The notes: generated from the sequence alone by a model not told the origin. Positions 26,912-36,369 are shown, numbered from the stretch's first letter. The stretch: 43,787 nt of DNA from Bradymonadales bacterium (GCA_007693605.1 REDG01000053.1:1-43787), one strand, 5' to 3'. A program made the numbers and translations.

Positions 26912-28343
26912 TCAATTTCTCCACGGCTTCCACAAGATTCTCAAGTTTGAGCTCCTCACCTGATAACTCGAGTGTTCTCTGAAAATCCTCCGAAAAACTA
27001 TAGATTCGGTGGCAGAGAGACTCCATCTCTTGAGCCTCTCTTGAAATCCATAAAACGGCCACTCCATAATCGGCCAAATCTCGAATGACAAAATAGACTT
27101 CCTCTTTGGCGGCTTCACTCATGCCTCGAGTCAAATCTTCTGCAATAAGAACCTGAGGCTCCACGCTCAAGGCCCTGCCTAACAAAATCTTCTGTTGAGT
27201 GTCATCTGAAAGCCATCGCATCTCTCGATCTAGGTCTTCTGAACTCAAACGCAAAAGGCTTTGGTAATGCAAACAGAGCCGTTCTTCTGTTTTGCTTGGA
27301 ATCCAAGACCTCTTTTGGTTTCTAAGGTAGGAAAAACTGAGATTGAATCGACCTGTTTGAGAGGGCCACATTCCATTTCGCATTCGGTAACCCGACACAA
27401 TCGAAATACCTTGAGTCTTCATCATCAAGTCTTTGAGTCGTAAGTTCTCAGAAGCTTTCCAAATCAGTTGCCACCGAGCTGAATTCGCATCGTCTCGAAA
27501 GAATTGCGGGAAAATCTCGTCGGGCCTCTTGGCGTAAATGCCAACAATCTCGCCTCGGGCCTGCCTGAACTTCAAGTCCCCCTTCAGCGACAAGCCCCAC
27601 AAGTCTTTTTGAATGGACTGAAAGTTTTTCGGAGGAAATCGTGTCGAGCTCATGTCGCGAATTGACTCTAGCCTCAGGGGACGACTCTGACTCTCCGACT
27701 CCAAATCTTTTTCGATCAGCCTCTGGGGGGGCAAGCTCCAAAACTTGTTCGCTTTAAAAATTGAGAACTCGCCCAGACTACAAGGGTAGACCCAGGCCGA
27801 TTCGGGTGAAAATTCACTAAGGATCTTGAAGAATCGCTTTTGATCATCCTTTGTGAGTTTAGAGAGCACTCGATCGACCAGAGCGAGTTTGGGTCGCAAG
27901 GCCACAAAACGGAGTAGAGACAGCCAAGTATTTTGTCGAATGTCGTTTTGTTCTGCGCTTTGATTCAGGGGAATAGCACAGGGCGAGGCTTGAAGAAGCG
28001 ACAGAGCCCTATTCCACTGAGCTCTTGAAAGCCCCAGTTGAAAATTTTCAAGATTGCTCAGCCCTGAAAATACCATGGGCTCTGAGGGATGATAGTAGAG
28101 CCCTCTTCGTCTTCGATCTCTAGCACTCGTGTGGAGGATGGATTCCCCTTCGAAAGACAAGTCCCCCGAAATCCTTAGGTGGTCAGAAACGCCCGCCAAA
28201 GCTTTCAAGAGTAGTGATTGACCCCGCCCACTCGAGGCCAAGATTTGAATTCGATCGCGCGCCTGAACCTCAAAGTTCAATGTTTCGAAAATCGTCGGCC
28301 CTGAGAGCTTTTGAATGCGAAGATTTTTGGCACAGAGCAACAC
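26901..28343 (-). CDS. Sugar-type double ABC ATPase with degenerate catalytic motifs
   Basis: Two-NBD layout (GEIVGI; QQKILLGRAL...LTRG). Walker A reads ASSGRGQS, signature LSDDTQQ, Walker B LVDR and IAED. Confidence 0.7.
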   Translation of the reverse strand: MLLCAKNLRIQKLSGPTIFETLNFEVQARDRIQILASSGRGQSLLLKALAGVSDHLRISGDLSFEGESILHTSARDRRRRGLYYHPSEPMVFSGLSNLENFQLGLSRAQWNRALSLLQASPCAIPLNQSAEQNDIRQNTWLSLLRFVALRPKLALVDRVLSKLTKDDQKRFFKILSEFSPESAWVYPCSLGEFSIFKANKFWSLPPQRLIEKDLESESQSRPLRLESIRDMSSTRFPPKNFQSIQKDLWGLSLKGDLKFRQARGEIVGIYAKRPDEIFPQFFRDDANSARWQLIWKASENLRLKDLMMKTQGISIVSGYRMRNGMWPSQTGRFNLSFSYLRNQKRSWIPSKTEERLCLHYQSLLRLSSEDLDREMRWLSDDTQQKILLGRALSVEPQVLIAEDLTRGMSEAAKEEVYFVIRDLADYGVAVLWISREAQEMESLCHRIYSFSEDFQRTLELSGEELKLENLVEAVEKLNEG

Positions 28344-28537
28344 CAGCCTTAGTATTCAAGTCTTTTTGCCGAGCCTCAAGGAAAAGCTTGCCGATCGGCA
28401 ATGGAAACTCGGGCTTTTCGTCGAGATTTCTGAGCTTTTTTACGGGTTCGTGGTCGGTACGATTCTTGAAGAATCTTTGAAGCAGCTATTCGCTTTGAGG
28501 CGACAGAGACTTCAGTGGAAGAGTCAGGGAGACAAAA

Positions 28538-28981
28538 ATGATACGAAGCATCACAAAAAATGAAGGACAAGTGAGTGTCTTTCACTTGAGAGAGAATCTT
28601 GAAGCTCATCGAACGAAGGCTTTTACGAAGAAGCTCTATGAACTGATCGATGCCGGCCGAGTGAATTTGATTCTAGAGATGAGCCATGTTCAAAACATTT
28701 CACTCATCGGAATGGTCGCGATCTCCCACTTATTCAATCGCTGCCGCCAAGCGGGGGGTGCTTTAAAAGTCGCCCATTTAACAGACACGGTTCAAGAGGC
28801 TTTTGAAGAAAGCAATTTGATTAACACCATTGAGGTCTACCCTCATGTGGTCGACGCCCTCAAAAGCCTCCAATCTGAAAACCTGTATTATACCGCCCGA
28901 TTCTCTGGCAGCTTCTTTGTCGAAGAAAAGAAAAGCTTCGTCGGCTGGGATCGCCTCCCCATTGGAAACTGTATCAATTAG
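28538..28981 (+). CDS. STAS domain anti-sigma factor antagonist-like protein
   Basis: NLILEMSHVQNISLIGMVAI...GGALKVAHL...VQEAFE pattern of the STAS fold. Confidence 0.75.
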   Translation: MIRSITKNEGQVSVFHLRENLEAHRTKAFTKKLYELIDAGRVNLILEMSHVQNISLIGMVAISHLFNRCRQAGGALKVAHLTDTVQEAFEESNLINTIEVYPHVVDALKSLQSENLYYTARFSGSFFVEEKKSFVGWDRLPIGNCIN

Positions 28982-29153
28982 TTGAAAGCTCGCAGTCATC
29001 ATCCACATCTTCAAGATAGAGTACTACGGCCTCTTTGATGTTTTTAAGAGCTTCCTCTTTAGTCTTTCCTTCTGACAAACAACCGGGCAGCGACGGAACG
29101 ACTGCTGTGAATCCACCCTCATCAGAAGGCTCTAAGATAACCTTGATTTCCAC
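28974..29153 (-). CDS. hicB: HicB-like antitoxin (short, UPF0150 type)
   Basis: ILEPSDEGGFTAVVPSLPGCLSEGKTKEEALKNIKEAVVLYLE. Confidence 0.85.
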   Translation of the reverse strand: MEIKVILEPSDEGGFTAVVPSLPGCLSEGKTKEEALKNIKEAVVLYLEDVDDDCELSTN

Positions 29154-29231
29154 CCCCACAGTGTAACACAAGTCAGCCTCATTAAGTTAAAGATCCCTGG
29201 CTTCTGAAGAAAAAGCCTGAATGAAGGCCTT

Positions 29232-30266
29232 CTACAGGCCGCTAGAAATTCTCTGATCCCGCCGCTCCCTCGATCGCCGCGATTCCTCCGGGCTTAGGGG
29301 CCTCGAATTAGGAGGCGGGCCTTTCATTCTTCGAAGAAACTCATTCAAGTAATCACTGTCAGGGCTTCTTGCCCCCCTATCCCCTTGAGGCCCGTAATCC
29401 TGGAGATGCCTGGAGTGAATCCCTACATGAGGAAAGAGTTGCCAGTCGATCGCTATCCCCTTCTTAAAGCCTTCACGACTTTGCGAAAGAAACTGTTCCA
29501 AACCGTCCTGCCCCTCGATGACCTGAGTTTCTATATCAAATAGAAGCCTGGCTTCGGAAAACTCTTGGTCCGACACCTCGCCTTCAGTCACTAAAGCGGC
29601 AATCAATTCTTCGTAGAAAATAAGAGACTCTGGCAGCTTTGGGAGTCTAATGCGCAAAAACTCGACATCTTTCAAATTCGTGACACCACTGTAGTGACTG
29701 CCTGTCTCTCTATAAAACTGAAATGATCCTATAAAGGCTCGAGACGATCTGTTCCGCAGCTTCGAGTAGGCTTTTCTCATGGCAGCCAAATACATCTGAA
29801 GATCATCGACTCGCGTAACTCTCAAACGAACTTCAAATTTTTCCATTGGCCCTAGGTTCTCTCTAATATGGATGCTTCGCTGAGCTAGCAGCACGCTCGC
29901 TCGATCAGGAAAGGCGACGCGAATACTGCCCCTCCTCCACGCTGTTGAGGTTGCCCAATCACCGGAAGTTGATCCCTGGGAGCGGCCGATAGGTAAAGCA
30001 GAAGGATCGTCCAAATAGACAGGCTCAAACTCATGCATATGACTTTGCCATTGAGGAAAGTTTAGCCTTGCCATCGACACTTCCACCTGCCGCGAGATGC
30101 TCATGGAAACAAGGCGCAACCTATCGACAACACGGCTCGCGCCCCAGCCCAAAAATGTCACAGCATATCGACACTGTTCGCCGGCACTCGGCGGAGCGCT
30201 CGGCACCGCCTCAAGGGCTGCTTCGCCGAAAAGTGCAACCAATAGAACAAAAGCCATCCGCTTCAT
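29232..30266 (-). CDS. Hypothetical secreted protein
   Basis: Signal peptide MKRMAFVLLVALFGEAALEA; 344 aa. Confidence 0.7.
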   Translation of the reverse strand: MKRMAFVLLVALFGEAALEAVPSAPPSAGEQCRYAVTFLGWGASRVVDRLRLVSMSISRQVEVSMARLNFPQWQSHMHEFEPVYLDDPSALPIGRSQGSTSGDWATSTAWRRGSIRVAFPDRASVLLAQRSIHIRENLGPMEKFEVRLRVTRVDDLQMYLAAMRKAYSKLRNRSSRAFIGSFQFYRETGSHYSGVTNLKDVEFLRIRLPKLPESLIFYEELIAALVTEGEVSDQEFSEARLLFDIETQVIEGQDGLEQFLSQSREGFKKGIAIDWQLFPHVGIHSRHLQDYGPQGDRGARSPDSDYLNEFLRRMKGPPPNSRPLSPEESRRSRERRDQRISSGL

Positions 30267-30280
30267 GTGAACCGCTATCT

Positions 30281-30296
30281 AGCACCTTTCTTGCCA
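30281..30296 (-). promoter_or_regulatory. Putative sigma54 promoter
   Basis: Minus strand TGGCAAGAAAGGTGCT = GG-N10-GC. Confidence 0.4.
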
Positions 30297-30523
30297 GAGA
30301 TACAACCTGAGTGATTTCGAAGACTTGTGATAGGTCATGATCATGCGAATGCATCTGCTTGACAGCCACTTTACAGCCAAATGAGAAAGGCTAAACTTCC
30401 TTTAGGATGATCTAGGCTCAGAGTTTGGATCTCCGACGATCGAGCTGGCGAAGGCCGGGCTGTGATCCCTAGGTTTTTTTGAAAGCTAAGTGGAATGAAT
30501 AAAAACTCGAAAGGAATTGAACG

Positions 30524-31051
30524 ATGAAATTAGTTTGTAGTCTCTTGACGGCTGTGAGTGCGGTATTTATTTCAGGACTCTCTTTCGCTGACAGCGACAT
30601 CCCTGCCTGCCGAGCAGAAGGCGTGCCGAAGGCATACCAGGGAGTTTGGCAAAAGTTGCCGATGCCAGGCGAGTTTGCTGAGGATGCTGCCAGAGAAGAG
30701 TTTCGGTTGAGTGAAAAACACTTTCACTATTTTGATCTCGAAGATCTTCGAGTGAACACCAGTCGGGCATGGATCTGTTGGCGAAGCGATACTCTCTTTC
30801 TGGTTCTGGACTTTGGACCAGATGCAGAAGAGGGGCGTTATGAATCAATTTGGATTACCAGCAGTGGGAGTTATTTGACATTCTGGGGCGAGGTCTACCC
30901 AGAGGTCGAAGAGACTGATGTTAAGAACAAAGACAAAGATCTGGAGCAGCTTTTCGCTTCGATAAGCTATTGGGACGAATCTAATGAGCTCAGGGCGTTC
31001 AAAAGAATTGGCCGCATCCAGTTGCTGCAAGAGTTTAAGCCCTTTCGTTAG
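30524..31051 (+). CDS. Hypothetical secreted protein
   Basis: Signal peptide ending SFA; AAGGA RBS; 175 aa. Confidence 0.7.
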   Translation: MKLVCSLLTAVSAVFISGLSFADSDIPACRAEGVPKAYQGVWQKLPMPGEFAEDAAREEFRLSEKHFHYFDLEDLRVNTSRAWICWRSDTLFLVLDFGPDAEEGRYESIWITSSGSYLTFWGEVYPEVEETDVKNKDKDLEQLFASISYWDESNELRAFKRIGRIQLLQEFKPFR

Positions 31052-31075
31052 AAGGATTGAATACAAAGAGCGAAC

Positions 31076-31093
31076 TGAGGCCTTAAGGCCTCA
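31076..31093. repeat. Perfect 18-bp palindrome between convergent genes
   Basis: TGAGGCCTTAAGGCCTCA, which includes the stop codon of the minus-strand lipoprotein gene. Confidence 0.7.
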
Positions 31094-32068
31094 TTCGCAG
31101 GCTTGATAGCGGAACTCGAAACGAGAGATCTTTTCAACGAAGATTTCTACCCGTAAGCCTTGGCTTTCAAAGCCTTTGAAGCTAGCGCCACTGAATACTC
31201 TTGACCGAGTGATGGATCGATCAAAATAAAGACCGAGAGGCTCAGTGCTGGGCTCGATGTCTGGAAACAATTGCTCAAACAAGACTGGCTGACCGGATGG
31301 GCCTGGCACAAAGGGAGCTTGTGTCGATCCCGTGTCGAGCACAACAAAGACCTGACTGGTCAAGGCTTCCGGCTCTGACTGAAAATAGGAGTCGAAAAAC
31401 TGAAAGCTGGCGTTCGATCCACTCTCTGAACCATTCCAAACCATCTCATCCGTGTCGCAGTTAGACAGCACTCGATTCGACTGAATCGACGGATTGAAAT
31501 TGAGTAAGGCCTGGGGAGTTCTCAGATTTGAAGCTTGCGAAGCTGCGAAATTCGAAGCTTGCGGAATAAAAAGTAGGTTCTCGCTCGATTGAGGGCTTCT
31601 CAGTTCAATGCTTCTAGAAAACAGCTCTTCAAAACTCAGGCTGTCAATCAACTGATAACTCGAACGGGGCACAGAAAAGTCGTTCAGAATGCTCTCGGTC
31701 GTGGCTGCTGGCACCAAGCGTAAGGCCTGCTCAGAGTCGGAGTAGTTGAGAGAGAAAGACTGGTCTCCAATCTGAAGCGAAAGATTGTAGCCATAAGCTT
31801 CGTTTGTTAGGAGCTCAAACAAACGGCCGGTATCAGCAATGAAATTTCCAGAAAAGTCTCTCTCCCCAAGTCTGGCATAGACAAGCGCATCCCAGCGCTC
31901 AGGCTCATTCTGCCAGACATCTGCGATCAGAAATATCTGAAGCAGAAAGTTATCCTCAGCGGGAGCAATATTCAGATTGGGCCCAGGATTGTGGGGCTTA
32001 GAGTCTGAGCCAGCGCAGGCCAGCATGAAGGCTCCGATCACCGCAAAGCAAAGACTTCTCAACATCAT
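31091..32068 (-). CDS. Hypothetical lipoprotein
   Basis: Lipobox MLAC after a hydrophobic N-terminus; coupled to the upstream gene by an ATGA overlap. Confidence 0.7.
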   Translation of the reverse strand: MMLRSLCFAVIGAFMLACAGSDSKPHNPGPNLNIAPAEDNFLLQIFLIADVWQNEPERWDALVYARLGERDFSGNFIADTGRLFELLTNEAYGYNLSLQIGDQSFSLNYSDSEQALRLVPAATTESILNDFSVPRSSYQLIDSLSFEELFSRSIELRSPQSSENLLFIPQASNFAASQASNLRTPQALLNFNPSIQSNRVLSNCDTDEMVWNGSESGSNASFQFFDSYFQSEPEALTSQVFVVLDTGSTQAPFVPGPSGQPVLFEQLFPDIEPSTEPLGLYFDRSITRSRVFSGASFKGFESQGLRVEIFVEKISRFEFRYQACE

Positions 32069-33405
32069 CGAGCGGTCCCCCTTCCGATGGGTCGAGGCTC
32101 ATCGGCCCGTCGAGGCCTTTCATCAGGAGAGGTCCCTACTGGAGCAGGGTTAGGACCAGTGGTCTCAGCCGCCTCCGAGGGGTTAGCGTGCGTTGGGAGA
32201 TAGGGCGAAAAGGGGGGGCCTACAGATTGAAGAATGTGAAACAGCCGTTGTTGATCTTCCGAGCTGAGTTCAGACTGAGCAGCAGGAGGAGTGCCGCTTC
32301 CTGGGACGACCCCGGCCGGAGGTGAGTCACTACCAAGATTAGTCCGAAGAGCGAAGATTGCTAAGGGGATGGCCAATACGACAACATAGCCCTTTCTAAT
32401 CACTGCCATCAGTGGACTCTCAAGTACCCGGTCCCAAGCTCTCAAATTTAAAGAGCTGTGCATCAGCCACAATGGCCACTCCCCTCGAATTGCCAATTCT
32501 GTCAGAAACTTTCGAATGGGCTCAGAGTCCTTCATTGCCTTTGCAACAAGATCCGCTATTTCTTGGGGCGGGCTGTAAACATCCGGATCCAAAAGCTTTC
32601 CTTCTGAGTCAAATAATTCTCGAAGTTGAATTTCAATATAGGCCTGAGTGGTATTGATACTCAGCATCTGAGCTTCCAGATCTTGAGGACTCTTAATGAG
32701 CTCTGTCAAAGGCAGCCCTCGAACTCGGGCGGTCACTTCGGCCCGCTCCTCAACCAACTCATATCTCCTTCGTAAATCACTCAAAAAGGCCAATCGGGTG
32801 GCTTGGTGAATCTGATTGGCTTGAAGAATGCTTTCAAAGAGCTTCTTCTTTTCCTTCATCAATTCAATTCGCTCATTGATCTCGGCGAGTGAGCTAAACT
32901 CGACTTGACTTGCCGCCAACCCCTCTTCGCTGTAAATCTCCGAGGCCAATAAGCCAACATCTTTAGAAAGCACATTGGGGAGATGTTGAAGCCGGACCTT
33001 CACTACAGTGGACTCAGTCTTCAGTTTCAAAGCCGCTGCTTCTAGCCTCGCAAGGTTTCCTTCAGCAAGCTTGATTCCTTGGATTGAAGTTGATTGAATG
33101 ACAGGAAACCCTTTAGCCAGAGCAATCGATCTCAAAACATGATGCGCATCTCTCCAGCGATTGGGGCCTGTTTCACCCCTTTCTCCCGTCATGTCTTGAG
33201 CGATCCGCTCATGAGGAACGAACAATGTCTCCCGTAGAGGGACTCGCTTGCCGACCAAAGCTCTGTAAATGCCACTACAAACTCCACCGGCCTCACTAAA
33301 GGTCGGAGCCAGGCTGACAAAAAAGAGAACTGCCAAACGAAAAACCGAGTAAAAGCAGGCTCTCAGCCCAAAGCTCGATCGAGATGATATTACCCCTTGG
33401 TTCAT
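32065..33405 (-). CDS. Hypothetical exported/membrane protein with coiled coil and Pro-rich tail
   Basis: Signal-like LAVLFFVSLAPTFSEA, helical core, one TM (YVVVLAIPLAIFAL), Pro-rich C-terminus; ATG at 33405. Confidence 0.7.
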   Translation of the reverse strand: MNQGVISSRSSFGLRACFYSVFRLAVLFFVSLAPTFSEAGGVCSGIYRALVGKRVPLRETLFVPHERIAQDMTGERGETGPNRWRDAHHVLRSIALAKGFPVIQSTSIQGIKLAEGNLARLEAAALKLKTESTVVKVRLQHLPNVLSKDVGLLASEIYSEEGLAASQVEFSSLAEINERIELMKEKKKLFESILQANQIHQATRLAFLSDLRRRYELVEERAEVTARVRGLPLTELIKSPQDLEAQMLSINTTQAYIEIQLRELFDSEGKLLDPDVYSPPQEIADLVAKAMKDSEPIRKFLTELAIRGEWPLWLMHSSLNLRAWDRVLESPLMAVIRKGYVVVLAIPLAIFALRTNLGSDSPPAGVVPGSGTPPAAQSELSSEDQQRLFHILQSVGPPFSPYLPTHANPSEAAETTGPNPAPVGTSPDERPRRADEPRPIGRGTAR

Positions 33406-33421
33406 TCCAAAGACTGAAAAG

Positions 33422-33437
33422 TGCAAGACCCATACCA
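33422..33437 (-). promoter_or_regulatory. Putative sigma54 promoter
   Basis: Minus strand TGGTATGGGTCTTGCA = GG-N10-GC with TTGCA. Confidence 0.5.
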
Positions 33438-33569
33438 GGCCCGGAATAGTAATCCCCTGAAATTATTTGGCTTTTAGAGCCCCCCTTCGCGACTTTCAGT
33501 GCCAACTGAGGCATCGGAATCCCATCACTGGCTGGTAAACCACATTTAAACCGAAATTTTGAAAGGGGC

Positions 33570-33599
33570 TTGCAATGGTACTACATTGGATATACAATG
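33570..33599 (+). promoter_or_regulatory. Sigma70 promoter of the TA operon with overlapping inverted-repeat operators
   Basis: TTGCAA-N17-TACAAT, overlapped by CAATG-N6-CATTG-N6-CAATG. Confidence 0.7.
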
Positions 33600-33622
33600 A
33601 GTTTACAGAAAGGTATGTTTTT

Positions 33623-33853
33623 ATGGTTAAAAAGCTCGTAAAACATGGGAACAGTTTGGCACTCATTTTAGACCGGCCGGTTCTCGATTTACTTCATATT
33701 AATGAAGAAACATCCCTCGATATTTCTACTGTGGACGGGAAGTCCCTTCAGATCACGCCTATTTCGGAAGCGGAACGCCAAAAGCAGTTTTCGAAAGCTC
33801 TGAAGAAAGTGAACAAGAAATATAAGCATACGCTTCAGAACTTGGCGAAATAG
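33623..33853 (+). CDS. AbrB/MazE-family antitoxin
   Basis: KKLVKHGNSLALILDRPVLDLLHI swapped-hairpin motif; stop overlaps the toxin start. Confidence 0.9.
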   Translation: MVKKLVKHGNSLALILDRPVLDLLHINEETSLDISTVDGKSLQITPISEAERQKQFSKALKKVNKKYKHTLQNLAK

Positions 33854-34308
33854 TGACTCTTTTAAATCCTCGGTTTTTAACACTCGATGAAGTGAAAGCC
33901 ATCCATCGCTCTCAAATCGAAGGCTTTGGTGGCTCAGTCGAGATTCGTGACGAGGGGCTTCTTCTCTCTGCACTAGCGCAACCCGAAGCTGGATTTGGCG
34001 AGTGCTATCTTCACGAGTCATTAGAAGACATGGCTGGCGCTTATTTATTTCATATTGTCAAAAATCATCCTTTTGTGGATGGAAACAAACGCACAGGTAC
34101 GGCTGCGGCTTTGGTTTTCCTGGAACTCAACCATGTTGAACTTCAAGCAGAAGTTTTGGATAGGGTGAAGCGCACAACATCTTCAACTCTGCTGGAAGAG
34201 CTCGTTATTCGAGTCGCTTCGGGAAATACGGATAAAACCGAAATCGCCAAATTTTTCAAAAAGTATCGACAGCGGCCTCAATTTGGGTGGGCTTTGCGTC
34301 CGAACTGA
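33853..34308 (+). CDS. doc: Death-on-curing (Fic/Doc) toxin
   Basis: IRDEGLLLSALAQP and HPFVDGNKRTG Doc motif. Confidence 0.92.
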   Translation: MTLLNPRFLTLDEVKAIHRSQIEGFGGSVEIRDEGLLLSALAQPEAGFGECYLHESLEDMAGAYLFHIVKNHPFVDGNKRTGTAAALVFLELNHVELQAEVLDRVKRTTSSTLLEELVIRVASGNTDKTEIAKFFKKYRQRPQFGWALRPN

Positions 34309-34459
34309 TCTCGGCGCAAACTGTTAATAAAAGATCTCGTAAATGTTTAGGCACTCTCACTTCAACCGCACACTTTTTTCCAAGCAATCGATTCAATCTT
34401 TACAGAAAAATTGCAAAAATTTTTGAACGATCTACAGCCTCCAGAGGCGATGTGCAGGC

Positions 34460-35026
34460 TTAGAATCTAAATCCAAAATACAATTTGTAGATCGGAAAAA
34501 TAACCCATGACCCCCCTAGAGTTGCACTAAAATTACTATACTTGTTCTTCAAATAACCCGCAGAGAATCCGAGTCCTGGGTTAAGGGAGAATCGTCCCCA
34601 AACAAATTCATAACCTCCTAAAGTTTGGTTCCCCAAAAAACTTTCTCGTTTGTCTATGTGATTGAAGTCGTGAACTATCGGGAAGTAGAGGTTGGAGCCT
34701 TTGGGTGCAATCCTTCCCGTAACCCCCGACTCCACATACCAGCCTCGATACTCCTGTGTCAGAAAATAGGTCAGGGATACCGTTCCACCATAACCCACTC
34801 CAAGCTCCCTTTTATAGGGCAGAAGAATGACTGGATTTAAGTTTAGTTTTAACTTCGGGGTCGCGATGTAAGAGAAATTGAAATCAAGGCTTCCAAACAA
34901 AGCGAGAGTGGGGTCAAAACCGATCTGCCACTTCCTATCGGAAATCTCAGAATTGGCAGTCACCAAAGCTGGCAAAAGTGTTGCTGTAAGGAAGACAAGA
35001 CCAATCAATCTCAAGAGCTTTTTCAT
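34460..35026 (-). CDS. Small outer-membrane beta-barrel protein (DUF3575-like)
   Basis: Signal peptide; RGWYVE, LGGYEFVWGRFSLNPGLG; C-terminal YFGFRF; visibly AT-richer than flanks. Confidence 0.65.
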   Translation of the reverse strand: MKKLLRLIGLVFLTATLLPALVTANSEISDRKWQIGFDPTLALFGSLDFNFSYIATPKLKLNLNPVILLPYKRELGVGYGGTVSLTYFLTQEYRGWYVESGVTGRIAPKGSNLYFPIVHDFNHIDKRESFLGNQTLGGYEFVWGRFSLNPGLGFSAGYLKNKYSNFSATLGGSWVIFPIYKLYFGFRF

Positions 35027-35153
35027 TGAAATTAAAGCTAGTCCGATTCAAAGAATTATCAAGCCCACAAAATGGTGGAACATTTTTGAACAAAAGTGGT
35101 CGGCATCCTAGACTTTAGACCGGGGCTCGAAGCCCCAGGCACGCAAGCCAGCG

Positions 35154-36002
35154 TCAGGCGGACCTGGCTCCTCGGGCCTTGGCCAAGAATGACTGATAGG
35201 GATTCTTTTCCCAGGAAGCCTTGAGCTTCGAGTAGCGCTTGGCGTCTTCAATCTCACTAGACTCTCTAAAGAGAGAGAACGAAAGATTGTAGTGAAGCTG
35301 CCGGAGTTTCTCTCGAAAGCCTTCTTCCTTTCGAAAGGCCAAAATAGAATTTTCCAGAAGCTCTAGCCCCTCCGAAGATTTAGAGGAGCATAGAATCACT
35401 CGATCCTCTCGAGCCCCCAGATCGATCAAGCTTCGACGCATCTCCTCTGCGCCCGGCAAATCCGACTTGTTCACCACAAAAATATCTGAGCGCTCTCGAA
35501 GACCGCTCTTCATCCACTGAACCTCATCGCCTGTTTCCGGCTGAAGCACTAGAACGGTCACGGGAGAGAGTTCCGCAATCTCTGACTCCGTCTGACCCGC
35601 CCCCGCGGTCTCGACCAAAACCCAATCGAACAAACTCTCCAAATAGATTGCAATATCCCGAACGGCACGACTAAATGCTCTCGCCCCACGAGTGGAAAGC
35701 GAGCGAATGAACAAACTCTCAGACAAGTCTTTACCGCTCATGCGAATTCGATCCCCTAACAAACTGCCCCCTGTCACTGGTGAAGAGGGGTCGCAAGCGA
35801 GCCATGCCAGCCTTCCCTTTTTCACTAAACGGGGTGCGAAGTTAGCCAAGAGTGAGCTCTTTCCAACGCCGCCTGGCCCGGTGAAACAGACGGTGGAAGA
35901 CAGGGAGCGAGAGCTGAAAGCCTTCGCCAAAGCCTCAAAGGCTTCTCGCTCTCGATTCTCTATTGCAGAAATTCTTTGAGCGATCTCACGACGAGGAAAC
36001 AT
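35154..36002 (-). CDS. meaB: MeaB/ArgK (LAO/AO) family GTPase
   Basis: TGPGGVGKSS, DPSSPVTGGSLLGDRIRM, FIRS, ETAGAGQTE, GDEVQ and VNKSD motifs. Confidence 0.85.
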   Translation of the reverse strand: MFPRREIAQRISAIENREREAFEALAKAFSSRSLSSTVCFTGPGGVGKSSLLANFAPRLVKKGRLAWLACDPSSPVTGGSLLGDRIRMSGKDLSESLFIRSLSTRGARAFSRAVRDIAIYLESLFDWVLVETAGAGQTESEIAELSPVTVLVLQPETGDEVQWMKSGLRERSDIFVVNKSDLPGAEEMRRSLIDLGAREDRVILCSSKSSEGLELLENSILAFRKEEGFREKLRQLHYNLSFSLFRESSEIEDAKRYSKLKASWEKNPYQSFLAKARGARSA

Positions 36003-36369
36003 TCTTTGGCGATGCCTCCTGGTCTACCGGTCGAGTTTCCCCTCCCTCATCATTGGTCTTCGGCAGCCATTCCAACTCAGCCTTCAGCTTCAAGCGGTAA
36101 TTCTTCGCCAAATGATCGGCCACGCGATTGCCCATGATATTCCAATCAATCTTCGACACCCGATTCGTGACCTCTTCTTTGATTCGGTCCTGAATGTCCT
36201 TTTGAATGCCCTTCATCCAATCAAAAGCGGAACTCACAGACTCTCTGGGATCTTTGAGTCGACTGGAGGTGCTCGCCACTCTCTCGAAGGCTGTGAAGAT
36301 CAGCTCTTCCCAACCCCCCTTTTTTTCTTTGAATGCTCCTGAGTCTTCCTCGTTGTCAAAATCAGCCAT
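35986..36369 (-). CDS. Hypothetical protein
   Basis: 127-aa ORF overlapping both neighbours in the operon. Confidence 0.7.
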   Translation of the reverse strand: MADFDNEEDSGAFKEKKGGWEELIFTAFERVASTSSRLKDPRESVSSAFDWMKGIQKDIQDRIKEEVTNRVSKIDWNIMGNRVADHLAKNYRLKLKAELEWLPKTNDEGGETRPVDQEASPKNVSSS

